Assembly (NCBI GenBank): GCA_002245135.1
Contig: NGBS01000586.1
Coordinates: forward strand, 186,001 to 250,000
From: Proteromonas lacertae
Lineage: Eukaryota
DNA length: 64,000 bases
Direction of reading: 5' to 3'
The stretch's first letter is position 1. Each line of letters opens with the position of its first letter. Positions 15,963 to 28,507 of this stretch are shown piece by piece. The notes beneath the pieces were generated by a model. That model ran no database searches, was not told where the DNA came from, and saw only the letters and a program-made list of their open reading frames with translations. Both the position numbers and the translations under genes were made by a program.

Positions 15963-17278
15963 TCATTTCAGCCTGTCTGGATTTCTAAAACAATGTAATA
16001 CATGTTGTAACATCTGTTTAAAATCAGGATTGTAATATTTACAATACTTACATTCAAACCTAATAGGATGCCTTTGATCAAATCTATTATATATTTGACT
16101 CATGGTTAATTTCTCGTATTCCTTCCTTAAATAATCAATTTTTAAATAATCAGATTTAATAATATTCTTTAATATACAATTACTATCATTTAACAAATCC
16201 ACTACCACTGGAGCTGTTTTTTCATTCTTCTTCTCATAAAACCATTCAGCAAACATATCACATGTAATTAAAGTACATTTATGCTTAGTAAAATATGCTT
16301 TAATCATCATCACGTAATTTTCACTTAAATGAAAAATATTTCTAATAAATAATTCAAATTCATTTGATAATAAATAGCCTTTTACATTAATATCATATAA
16401 AACAAATAAACCAGTAATAATATCTTTAGATTGGTCAGATATTGATTTATTTGTATTATTTAATAAGTTCAATTGAGGTAATAACTCATTCAGCTGTGTC
16501 TCTGCATATTTGAGTAGATTTCCTCTTTTCTTCATCCTTTTTCTTTCATAGATTCTGTTATTCACCATTGTTTGATGACGTCTTACTATTGTTTGTGTTA
16601 GTATAATGTCATTCATATAATTGTTATAATATCTCTCACAAATTATCTATATAATAATAAATAAATAAGATAATAATATTTATGTAATACTTTATAATAC
16701 TCATTTCTCTGATTTTCATCTTCACTATGGCTCATAGCTTCTAATTCTGGAGGTAATGTAATACATCGGTCATTAGACGATTTTAGTGAGTTAGTAATGC
16801 CCTGAAGTGCTGGTCTTTCTCTACTACTCTCCAAACCTAAGAAAGCAAACTCGTCATCTTCACTTGAATCTACTAAAGGTGAAAATGATATGATTGGAGC
16901 TAATCTTTTACTACTAGGAGTTAAAGAATTAAAAGACAAAGGTGACATAACAGACGGCAGATCGCTTAGAGTAGGTATTGTGGATTTTCTTGATGGAGCG
17001 CTAGGAGTAAAGGAATTAGTAGCTTCACTTCTAGCTCTTCTTAAACCTTTTTCATCAAGTTTTGTGGGTGTTTTAGGTGGAATTCCTTTCTTTTTCAATA
17101 TTGGAGTTATACATTTACGAGTAGGACATACTGCTTCAGATGGATCACTATCTGAAGCTACAGATATTGATCTAGCAGACGGACACTCCCTTAACGTAAA
17201 TGAACTTCGATGTTCCAATGTGCCTAGTGCTTCCACACTGTGTATAGATGAATCGTGACTATCAGTTCTTATATTCAT
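15963..17278 (-). CDS. Unknown protein: Ser/Pro-rich N-terminus, IQ-like segment, EF-hand-like loop, C-terminal C2H2/C2HC zinc finger; intron 16647-16690
   Basis: Intron joins the two ORFs in frame; FVLYDINVKGYLLSNEF; FECKYCKYYNPDFKQMLQHVLHC. Confidence 0.65.
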
Positions 17279-17632
17279 AATTCTCCCTTCTTACAATGCG
17301 TCACTTTTGTTTTTTATAGAATATCAACGAAAATTTTTGAACCAAGATAAATTGAAATTTAACCAAAATAGTTTTATGAGATTGTTATGCTTATATCATA
17401 TGTCTTTTTATTACTCTCATATCATACTTCTTATATACATAATCACAGACAAAAGGTAGCATCTATTTATTTTTATGATCTTTCATTTTTTTATTATTTT
17501 TCCAGGTTATGACAAATATGCAATATTTTTAACATGATTTAATTAACAACTGAACGAATAATGACAAAATGTTCTTTTAAAATAGCTTGGCTTGTGTTTG
17601 TATCTTTTTTTAGAATCAAATTTTTTAATAAT

Positions 17633-18793
17633 ATGAGCAACGTATAATTCTTTGGTCTAATGATTTTAGAAACATATCAGCAAATTGCTACTAATATGCC
17701 TCATTTCATCATGTCTAGCATTCACTCGTATAGTTTTTTTTAATTTATACTTTTAGCATATAAATTACCAACATACCACAAAGCAAAAACTCCAATAAGA
17801 AATTTACAAGATACAACAGCTCCCACAGTAGATCCAACATCATCTTCACCAACCACAGCAGCACCTCCAGTTCCAACCACAGCAGCACCTACTACAGCAG
17901 CACCTCCAGCACCTACTACACCAGCTCCAACTACTGCTGCTCCTTCAACAGAAGTCCCAACAACTGCTTTACCTACAACTCAAAAACCAACAACTGCTCT
18001 ACCTACCACTCAAAAACCAACAACACAAGCTCCTCCACCACCAACAACTCCAGCTCCAGCTCCTACTACTGAAGCTCCAACTACTCAAAAGCCAACCACA
18101 TTAGCACCTACTACACAAGCTCCTACTACATTAAAACCTACCACAGCTGCTCCAACTACATCATCACCAACGACTGCAAAACCAACAACAGTTTCTCCAA
18201 CAACTATAACACCAACTGGTAATGCAACATCAGCTCCTACAGTTCCACCTCCAGCTACAAAGATAGATCATTCCAGTGAAATATCTTACAAAATGGGATA
18301 TCAACCAGAGTTTACTGGAATATTGAAATACACATGGGAAAATTGTGCAAGTGAATCTAAAGATTATGGTTTAACTTGCCAATTTTTCAAATCCAGTCCA
18401 AATATTAATGCTTATTTAGTAGATAGTTATGAACCAATCAATTGTGAAGGAAATGACGTCAGTGTATTCAATACAACAGATATATTGGAAATATACGCTG
18501 GTTGTGCTTTATTGAAACTAAGTCATACTAATGAAACTGCAAATATAGTGGAAGAACAATTTGTCATTAAAGCTAATGGAATTAAAGTAAAAACATGGGA
18601 AATTGTAACAATAGCTGGTGTAGGAGTCGTAGTGTTATTATTAATAATATGTATATGTTACTGTTGTTGTAAAAAAGGATGTTGTCCATGTTGTAAGAAG
18701 AATGAAGATGCAATTGGTGTTAGACCAAAGAAGAATAAGAAAAATAAGAATAAGAAGAAGAGAGATAGAGGTGCTTATGCACCATTGGTGTAG
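17633..18793 (+). CDS. Mucin-like type I membrane surface protein (signal peptide, PTT-repeat stalk, TM helix, Cys cluster)
   Basis: After 2 introns reads MSNKHISKLLLICLISSCLA...RNLQ, then ~150 aa of PTT(A/Q)AP repeats in frame with ORF 18293..18793. Confidence 0.85.
17810..18260 (+). repeat. Coding Thr/Pro repeat array (PTTxx units)
   Basis: Repeated CCNACNACN codon pattern, e.g. PTTALPTTQKPTTALPTTQKPTT. Confidence 0.85.
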
Positions 18794-18954
18794 AATATAT
18801 AATAATCAATAATAATGATAATAAATGAGTTGTTATTATTAATTATTATTAAATTATCTCAAATTTTTGTGTTTTATGTTGAGATATATAATTATAAATA
18901 CAATTATTAACGAACTTAACGATTATACATTAACAAACACTATCTAATTTACAA

Positions 18955-20199
18955 TTATGATAATTCCATTTCCTTTTTATTACTTTCATACATATAATCA
19001 TCCTCATCCTCAATCTCTTTTTCTAATAAATACGGATACGTCAAATCTGTCAAAATTGCTCCTATAGGAGCAGTAAAGAGAATATCCAAAATAGCACAAT
19101 TCATAATATATAATCCAGAACTTATTCCTCTCTTTAATGGAATTTCACACAGTGCAGCTTGCACAGCAGCTCTAGGCAAATAAGAGATACAACAAAACAA
19201 TATTTCCTTCCATGTAAAACCATTTCCAAGAACAGAAATAAACACGCCAAAAAATCTGAAAAAAATACATATAAATAATATGCATAATAATTTACCTATT
19301 GAATCACCTAAGTGGTTTATATTAATAGACGAGCCTACTAACACGAACATAAACATCTGACCTACTACCCACATCTTTGAATAAGCTGGTGTTAATTCTT
19401 TACATAATTTCAGATTAAAATGATTTAATATCATTCCTTGAAATATTACAGCTAGTAAACCTGATACTGGAACATAATCTTTCACATATGATTCTAAACT
19501 GACATAACTTAAAGATAATGACATTAAAATAACTATTTTTTCTGTTAAATTAATTTTTAATATTTTAAATAAATAAACTAATACTAATCCGCATATTATA
19601 CCTAAAATTATACCTAATACTATAGAAACAGGTAATTCCCATAATATCTTGTACTGAAACTTGTTAATCACCGCTATATCCACAAAATTATTCAATAAAG
19701 TAATACAAAACACATCTTCTATAGCAGATCCAAATATAAGCATTTGAGGTAATCCATTCTTTGTACTGTATTTATGTTCAATATAACATAACATTCTTGG
19801 AATTACTACTGCAGGAGATGCTGAAGTCATAATAGTTCCCATCACAACACCATGAAAATATGGAATATCTATTATATTAGGAGCAACTGCTAAATATCCT
19901 AATATTTCACATGCAGCTGGTAGAAAACATAGTAATACAGCTGATCTTCCCATTTTTTTAAATAAACTAACGTCCAAATTGAAACTTGCTCTAGATAGAA
20001 TTATAATTAACGCTATTTGACGGAGATCCAATGAATTAGCTTGTAATATTGGTGAAGACCAATTTAAGACACAAGGACCTATTACTATACCAATTGCGAT
20101 CATTCCAACTAGTGCAGGTAATTTGACAATCTCAAATAAACGACCTACTACTAACGATGATATTAACATAATAGCTAAAGTTAATAATAAATCTAACAT
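18955..20199 (-). CDS. Cation:proton (Na+/H+) antiporter, NHA/SLC9B-like, intronless, bacterial-like
   Basis: Many hydrophobic segments; DLRQIALIIILSRA, SPAVVIPRM, GSAIEDV, YLPRAAVQAA and ILFTAPIGA. Confidence 0.9.
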   Translation of the reverse strand: MLDLLLTLAIMLISSLVVGRLFEIVKLPALVGMIAIGIVIGPCVLNWSSPILQANSLDLRQIALIIILSRASFNLDVSLFKKMGRSAVLLCFLPAACEILGYLAVAPNIIDIPYFHGVVMGTIMTSASPAVVIPRMLCYIEHKYSTKNGLPQMLIFGSAIEDVFCITLLNNFVDIAVINKFQYKILWELPVSIVLGIILGIICGLVLVYLFKILKINLTEKIVILMSLSLSYVSLESYVKDYVPVSGLLAVIFQGMILNHFNLKLCKELTPAYSKMWVVGQMFMFVLVGSSININHLGDSIGKLLCILFICIFFRFFGVFISVLGNGFTWKEILFCCISYLPRAAVQAALCEIPLKRGISSGLYIMNCAILDILFTAPIGAILTDLTYPYLLEKEIEDEDDYMYESNKKEMELS

Positions 20200-20395
20200 G
20201 TTTCAATAACAAAAAAACAAAACTTCAAAATTCTATTTTATTCTTTTTAATTCTTTTTACCAATTACTTCACTTTGTAAAGAACTGCTTAATAAGTATTA
20301 ATACATAGGAAGTAAAAAATGAAAAAATATGAAAAACCAAAAGGTAATGAAAATATTCAACATTAATTAAATACATATTGTCGAATAATGAAATA

Positions 20396-20716
20396 TTAAC
20401 AACTACAATAAATATAATTAATGTTTAGCGCCGTTGATCTCTTGATGGCGAAGGCTGTTAGAAGAATGTTCTTCGGTCCCACCTGGATATATATAAAATA
20501 TAACTGGTTTCTATCAATAAAAGTTCCAAATGTACCATCGCATAGTATAGTATTATACTTTCTAATTCTAAGTTCATCAAGAATGACCAAAGCACAAGTT
20601 TCATCAGCAAAATAAGTATAATTCTCTTTTACTTTTGTTTTAAATTGACTGAATCCTTCATCATCATCTCGCATTTTTCTTCGCGTTGTACGCCGTTGGG
20701 AGATAAATGGGTTTTA
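20396..20716 (-). mobile_element. Degenerate MULE/Mutator-like transposase fragment
   Basis: TILCDGTF...NQLYFIY...LLTAFAIK resembles the first catalytic Asp region of MULE DDE domains; truncated, stops upstream, CpG-richer than its flanks. Confidence 0.5.
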
Positions 20717-21227
20717 GATTACGTTGAAGTTATAAACGTAACCTTAAGCCCCGAAATATTACGTTGGTTGTATATCGTATTGTTCTGGTTAATGAGTTAT
20801 ATATCTAACATTATTTGTTTATACTTCATATTAAACGTCAATAGCAATAGTAGAAAACGAAATTAAGGTTTTAAAATGAATATAACATAATAATTTTAAT
20901 TTCTCATTACTTAGTATTGAAATTAAAAAGTAGGCTTGAAAGAGGCTTGAACACGATTTTTATTATTTCATTTTTAACTACTTAAACATCAATTATTTCA
21001 TATCTTATTCATCTTAGCTAATGTATTTTTGTCTGTAGTAGCGATTGAAAGCAAAAAAATATTGAATGTAATAAAATGCATTTAATATATAAGGCTGAAG
21101 CTTAAAAAAATATATCGCAGATGTAGCTTATATGTCAAAGTAAAATTGTATTTGAATATAACTCGCTACCAAACCCTCTACTGTCGAATTAGTTTTTAAT
21201 AAAGCCCATTTATCTCCCGCGTACAAC
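20685..21227. repeat. Imperfect ~30-bp inverted repeat pair (20685-20716 and 21200-21227)
   Basis: gttgtacgc(cgtt)gggagataaatgggtttta versus reverse complement gttgtacgcgggagataaatgggcttta. Confidence 0.8.
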
Positions 21228-21569
21228 AACTTGAACATTACCACCTTCTTCATAATCTTTTTCTGATTTTTGTTATTTTCATATTTAACATCCACATCGA
21301 AGTTTAATTGATTGGCAAGGATGTAAACTGTAAAATATACATCATCTGTTGATGTAAAAAATATAATCAAAGATTAAATCGGTAATAGGAGAAAAAGAAT
21401 CAAGAGGAGCATAATGTTGACATGATCTGAATTCATTTAATCTACTATTGTATTTACATCTTCTTTCTGACTATTTTTAATTGTTATTTTAAACTTATTT
21501 AGAAGTTACTTGTAATTTTGAAAAGATTATTTTAAGATTTCTTTTCGTTAGTTATTTTCATACCCCAAA

Positions 21570-22394
21570 ATGGAATTGATTTTAGAAACTCTAGAAAGTG
21601 AGTTAAAACCCTACGGTTTTGATTTAATATCATAGCTTGAATGGTATATGTTATCGTAATATTGTAGTTGAATTATATAATAAAGACATGCCTGAGAAAA
21701 ATAAACTCGTTGACTTAGGAAATCCACAAAACTTATGTGTTGTTATTGGTATACTTATTTTATAATTAAAAAGATAGGTAATACAAAGAAATTATGGGAT
21801 TTATTTTTAGATGATCTTACAAAACAGTCAGAAATACCAGATAATCCAATAGATGTGTATACTAAATAATTTGTTTATATAGAAATGTAGATATACCGGA
21901 AAAGCAATAGAAAATGCCTTAAAAAACATAACTACGGAATATCATATTCATTACTGCTATGATTATAGTCACATCGTATCAATGCAAAAATTAGCATATC
22001 TATCTGGAATGTGTTACTTATCTCCAAAAACTCATTTATGTATTCATCCAAAGTATGGAAGTTGGATTGGATTAAGAGCAGCAATTGTATTTAATCGTCT
22101 TTATGATAAAGAACCACCTGTGTTAATACCTCCAGTATGTCCTGAATGTGAAATAAAACAAGGTGAAATGTTGGAAGAAATATTGAAGAATAAAGAAACG
22201 AATATAAAAGTATACTGATTATTTATAGATGTAAATAGAATATAGAAGTAGCTAAAAAATGGATAGAATTTCGAAGTTTATGTGATGTAGGAAAAGAATA
22301 TAAATACAGTGAGAATCAGTTGATGTATCATTATACAAAAGATAAGAAATATGTAGAGAATGCTTTAAATGATTATATTAATAATAAAAAGTAA
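21570..22394 (+). CDS. MMACHC: Cobalamin-processing protein CblC/MMACHC homolog; apparent 1-nt frameshift in exon 1
   Basis: LKPYGFDL, IGNTKKLW, NPIDVY, MQKLAYLSG, CIHPKYGSWIGLRA and YSENQLMYHY; in-frame TAG at 21633-21635 unless one base near 21628-21630 is removed. Confidence 0.75.
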
Positions 22395-22536
22395 CTAAAT
22401 CTTTGTATTTTTTGATTGAAGCTTTTATTATCTTAAAGATAATATGTATTCTACTAATTTTAGGTAATTAAGTAATAAAAATGAAAACAAACATATAATA
22501 TAGTATGAAATAGTTAGTATAATATCGTTAATTGTT

Positions 22537-25229
22537 TTAACTAACATATTTTATTGTAGCTGGATGAGATTCACTCTTTTTAGATCGACATAATATAAAT
22601 CCAACTATTAATAATACCACAAATATAACTACTACTGCTATTCCTACTCCAGTTAAGATTCCTATTAATAACTCATTATTATTATCATTATCTTTATCAT
22701 CATTATCTACTGGATTAGTTGGATAATTGGTTTTATCTTCCACTTTTGTTATTTCGATTTCAAAGTCTTTGAATATTGTTTCTTCTGAAGATGAATCTAC
22801 ATTCTTTTTGATTTCATTACTTAATATAGTTGAATTATTTTTCAATTCTTCAGCAATATTCAATACATCTGTTTTCATTGATTCTTCAGATGTTTTGATT
22901 ATCACTTTGATATGTAAATCATTATTTAATCTTCTCAATAATATATTCTTATTTTCTACTCTTATTTCAATATCTTCTTTCTTTAACATTATATTCTTTT
23001 CTTTATATATTTGAATGATTGATTCTTTCATTATATTTTTATCATTTTCACTTAAATCAGATTGTGATGAAGATGTAATATTGGATATTTTTATTTCTAT
23101 TGTTACTGTTTCAATTGGTTTTGGAGTAGTTGGAATGAATGTTGGAGTGATTGATGTTGGTTTTATAGTTGGTAAATCATCACTTAAACCAAATTCTTTC
23201 TTTATTATATTTACTTTATTTTTTAAAAATAATATATAATCATCAACCAACTTTTTATTACACTCTATATAGTCATTTAGTAATAAATCAACGTGGTTAT
23301 ATAGATATAGATATTCATTTCCTGTTGTATTTACATATCCACTATTATAATCAACAGATGTAAAATATTCATAAAATAAACTTCTAGATATGTATTGCTT
23401 ATCTACTTTTGGGCCATAGATGAATCTTATAGTTTTACCATTATACACACCATTTGAGGTTATATATTCACTACTATAGAAATTTTTATTAAATAGTATT
23501 TCTCTTCCATATAAATGTATGTTATCATCTGTTATTCTCTCTGAAATATAATCTAGACATTTTTCATCTGGGATTGGGTTATTATTCTTAGATATTCTAT
23601 TAATTATCTCATTCAATTTTGTTGCATCTATTAGACAAAATTATGAATAAAAACATACCATATTCTTTCATTTGAATCTTTCTATAATTAATTGTCAATT
23701 CAGTATAAGATACATTATTTGTTACTTCATAATTCCTATCTTCAAATTCTTGTTTAAAACTAAACATATTTACTGTACAATTTCTAATCAACGTTGAGTA
23801 TTCTTTTAATGGAATAAATGATTTACAAATCATATCATCTCCTTCATCATTTTTTGGTTCTACATTACTCTTTTCTTGATCAACGACAATATCATCATAT
23901 ATATTACTGATGTGAGTAGATTCTATTTATATAAAATAAACATCATACTTGTTACTGGATCTAATTTTATTACTAATTTAATTTGTTGAACATCAGATTG
24001 ATATCTTTTACCTTCTTGTTTTATGATTGTTAGAATATTATCAATAACGAAATATCCTCTATAAAAGCTGCTGTATCTATACTCACCGTTATAATATTCT
24101 TCATAATAATATCCTTTTATAGATTTTATCTTTTCTTTATAATATTCTTTCTCTTCATTCTTTTCTTCTTTTATTGTAGATTTCTTAATATCATTATTGA
24201 TACTAATGTTATTCTTTATATTGTTATACAGTCCATTCAATGAATTATCAATAACTGAACTAAAATTAGATATTTTTGTATAATACAAACTAAATATCCA
24301 ATCATACTTGTACTCTTCTATATTATATATATATTTGCAGTCTCTTGCAAGACACAAGAAATAATTTTCAGATTTATCTAATGAAGAATTATAAATTGTG
24401 TAATTTTCTTCGACTGTTATTGTAATTCTAGTAAAAGCCAAGATGTATGATTCACTTGTATAAAATATTAAACTTTTATTTTCTTTAACAGCTGCATAAT
24501 TTTCACCTATCTTTATGTAAAATTCATCACCTGGCGAATATGTAGCTAGTCTTATATTATTCAATATATAGCTAATTTCATCTAAACTTTCTATATAACA
24601 TATATGCATTAGTATTAATACCATATTGTGATAAATATTGCTGTTCATAATTTCTCTCCATACTACAATCATCTCTTTCACACCAAATATTCATTCTATT
24701 AATACTGGTCATATCATTTATTACTTTTTCTATTATACTATTATCACTACACTTTCCTTTTATTTCTTTATAAGAGTATTCTCTTCCATATTCAATTTCA
24801 CATCCATCTTTACTTTTATCTATACTGAATAAATACTTTGATTTATTCTCATCTATGTTTATATTAGTTATAGTAACATTAACATTATTTATTTCAGATT
24901 CATATAAAAACACCCATTTGTAATAATAATCATAACTTCTTCTAACTACATATATAGCATCATCAGTTATATAAAGATTATAGCTTTTTACAATGTAAGA
25001 ATCATAAACTGCTTTTCTACCCTGTAAGTGTAAAGGTCTATCGGGTAATACCCTTATTTTTTCATGAGAATCATCATCAATTGCTTTATATTCTTTTCTC
25101 TTTTCAACTTCTTCAAATGTTTTGAAAATGTCTCTTTTATCAAATAAACCATATATTGGAATAACCAATATCAACATATATGCAACTATCAATTATATAA
25201 CAGCAAATTATACTTGTAGCACTCTTCAT
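22537..25229 (-). CDS. Large type I membrane surface protein (~850 aa), 4 introns, unknown family
   Basis: Signal-like N-terminus; introns (e.g. 24591-24621) join four ORFs in frame; PT-rich linker, LLRRL motif, C-terminal TM helix and short tail. Confidence 0.75.
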
Positions 25230-25374
25230 TGATAGATTTAATATCAACCAATAGAATTATACAATTTGAAGTAGGTTTGATTATTAGTTTGTTGATTTTT
25301 TACAGATTATTTACATGAAATTATTTATTTCTTGAATTATTAATACATAAATGTAATCATTCCATAACAATTAC

Positions 25375-25976
25375 ATTGTACCAAAATTTTGTTGACCAAA
25401 ATAATTCGCTGTTCCAGTTGGAAAAATAGAATTCATTCCACCAATACAGAAAAATAATATACAAACTACACAAGCATATAACCAGTTTATATTCAAATAA
25501 TAAAACATAAAGGAACCAATCAAACAAATACTGGACATTAACATATGACTGTATTTTGCTCCAATATGATCATTTGATATTCCAAATATTATTCGACCCA
25601 ATGCATTAAATAAAGCACTAAATGAACCAACCCAAGTAAGAAATGTTCCATTTTTAGTTACTCGTTCTTCACCCATTGTTTTATAATACGAAGAAGAAAT
25701 TGTGGTTGTAAAACCATTGAATAAAAACATCAAAAATAAACACCAAAATGAACCTTTCTTTAAAGCTTCACAAACAGAATATCCTTCACTGTGATCTATT
25801 TAATAACATCAATTTATTAAGAATATGTTATACGAGGAGTTGGAGTTGTTGTATCAACAGGAGATAAAGGAGTTCCCATCTCTAAAATATGAGCTTCTGC
25901 TGTATGTTCATTTGCGATTAAATGATGATGTTTCTTTATGTGTGGAGGATCGTCGATTAATATATATCATAACATT
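25375..25976 (-). pseudogene. Truncated duplicate of an internal segment (27047-27648) of the neighbouring MFS gene
   Basis: Near-identical direct repeat at offset 1672, including one intron; GGA changed to TGA at the 5' edge; lacks both termini. Confidence 0.85.
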
Positions 25977-26186
25977 TCGAAATGACCATATAATTTTCAG
26001 CATTTACATAAGCTGTTTGAATAAAAACAAATTTCAAATTTTGGTTTGAAAATTTCCATACCCCACAAATATTAAAAAGATCTAAAATGGAATCAACAAC
26101 AAAGAATTATCAAAAACATTTATTATTATTAATATTATTTTATCAATTTAAAAATTGGAAAAAATATTACTTTTCATTTTCATTCT

Positions 26187-28268
26187 TTATTCTTTAGATA
26201 TAACATTTTCACCTTCTTCTTTATTCACTTTATTTTCACTTACAAATAAATTATTCATTTGAGGAGTAGCAGGAAGAATTCCTTCCACATTTTTAGTGGT
26301 TTGACTTTTTAATGGACTTTTCAATGGAGTTTTGGGAGGAATTTGAGATTTTTGTTTTATTAATTTTGGATTTTCTTTAACGGTTGATCCTTGAATTGTC
26401 AATTTAGGAGGATCTTCAGTTACAGATGAATTAGCTTTTCTCATTGTCATTTTAGGTTTTTCGCCTACTGTTGAACTTTGTTTCACTAATTTAGAATTAT
26501 CATCTTTTATTGTTGATCCTTGACTTGTTAATTTAGGAGGATCTTCAGCCATTGAAGAATTAGCTCTTCTCATTGTCATTTTTGGCTTTTCACTTATTGT
26601 TGATCCTTGTTTATTTAATTTCGCATTTGTATCTTTGATTGTTGAACCAGCTCGACTTAAAGAAGAACCAATATTAGATTTTTGATTTCTTAATACATTT
26701 CCTATACTACTTCCTTGTTTACTTAACTTGGATTGACTCTCTTTTTCTATCTCATGTTCAGTTGGATTATCATATTCTAATCCACTATTCACATTTATAC
26801 TCACTTTTATATGTTTATCACCTCCTAATATCTTTGTATCATCTCGCCAAGATACTGGACGGAAAAATATTATATTGATAAATAAACTAATTGTATTTCC
26901 ACATCCTACGATTCTATTTCAAGATATATATTATATATTATATATACATAAATAAACCTTCTAATCCTATTGATTTCTTTAAACTACTTGCGCCAAACGA
27001 TGATATACAACTTGAAAATACTTGAGAAGCATAAACTATACCATAGATTGTGCCAAAATTTTGTTGACCAAAATAATTCGCTGTTCCAGTTGGAAAAATA
27101 GAATTCATTCCACCAATACAGAAAAATAATATACAAACTACACAAGCATATAACCAGTTTATATTCAAATAATAAAACATAAAGGAACCAATCAAACAAA
27201 TACTGGACATTAACATATGACTGTATTTCGCTCCAATATGATCATTTGATATTCCAAATATTATTCGACCCAATGCATTAAATAAAGCACTAAATGAACC
27301 AACCCAAGTAAGAAATGTTCCATTTTTAGTTACTCGTTCTTCACCCATTGTTTTATAATACGAAGAAGAAATTGTGGTTGTAAAACCATTGAATAAAAAC
27401 ATCAAAAATAAACACCAAAATGAACCTTTCTTTAAAGCTTCACAAACGGAATATCCTTCACTGTGATCTATTTAATAACATCAATTTATTAAGAATATGT
27501 TATACGAGGAGTTGGAGTTGTTGTATCAACAGGAGATAAAGGAGTTCCCATCTCTAAAATATGAGCTTCTGCTGTATGTTCATTTGCGATTAAATGATGA
27601 TGTTTCTTTATGTGTGGAGGATCATCAATTAATACACATCCTAAGATCTGTAAAGCAGCAAATATCCCACCCATTAATAAAAATGAAGATGGAACTCTTT
27701 TAACAACATCATATGGATAATATTCTTCACCATCTTTCAATACATAATTATCAGGATTTACATAAGCTGTTTGGATTTGATTAAATATAAATGCACTACC
27801 ACCATAACCTGCTACAATACAGCCATTCACCAATCCTTTTGAATGAGGCAGCCATCTCATTCCTACACTCAATGGAGTACTATATGCTATTCCTGAAGCA
27901 CAAGCAATTACAAAACTATACACCAAAATGGTTGGTATATACCATTCACAAAGGAAATATGTTAAAAACATAGCGACTGTCATTATCACTCCACTAATTA
28001 TACACGGTAGTTTAGGACCTAATTTTCTTTCTATAATTGCACCACTCCACATAGAAGAGGCTAATCCAATAATACCTAAAGCAAAACCCCAAGCACTATC
28101 ATCCATAGAAGTAGTCTATAAGTAATAGGACTAAATATATACTTGACCTTTTTCTCTCATATAGGAAATTATAAATCGACTATAGTTACCCCATGTAAAT
28201 ATAATGCCATAAGTAAGATGAAGGCAAATGCCAGCAAAAACCTGAACCATTGCTCTCCAATTGAACAT
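26187..28268 (-). CDS. MFS transporter, oxalate:formate antiporter (OFA)/MCT-like, with a long repetitive C-tail; 3 introns
   Basis: GIAYSTPL..GMRWLPHSKGLVNGCIVAGYG, FNALGRIIFGISND and FG..NFGTIYG. Confidence 0.9.
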
Positions 28269-28507
28269 TATAAACGCTTTGGTTGCTGATATTAGAATAA
28301 AGAATGAAAAATGTATTACACCCTTTAATACATGTATTTAAATTGACCAATTAAAAGTCATTTCATTTTAGTATTTGACGTGTTTATTGAAAATAAGCAA
28401 TCAAACAGTTTCTAAATTGGAAAAATACTATCTTATTATAATTCTATCAATTCTAACCAATATTTATATCAAAAATACATACTATAAAATCATTTATAAC
28501 ATAAAAT

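Noticed and set aside
21128..21370. 80-aa ORF overlapping the right arm of the inverted repeat
   Set aside because: Non-ATG start and no recognisable motif; probably part of the decayed element.
24578..24681. Apparent frameshift between overlapping ORFs of the surface protein
   Set aside because: Explained by the 31-nt intron at 24591-24621.
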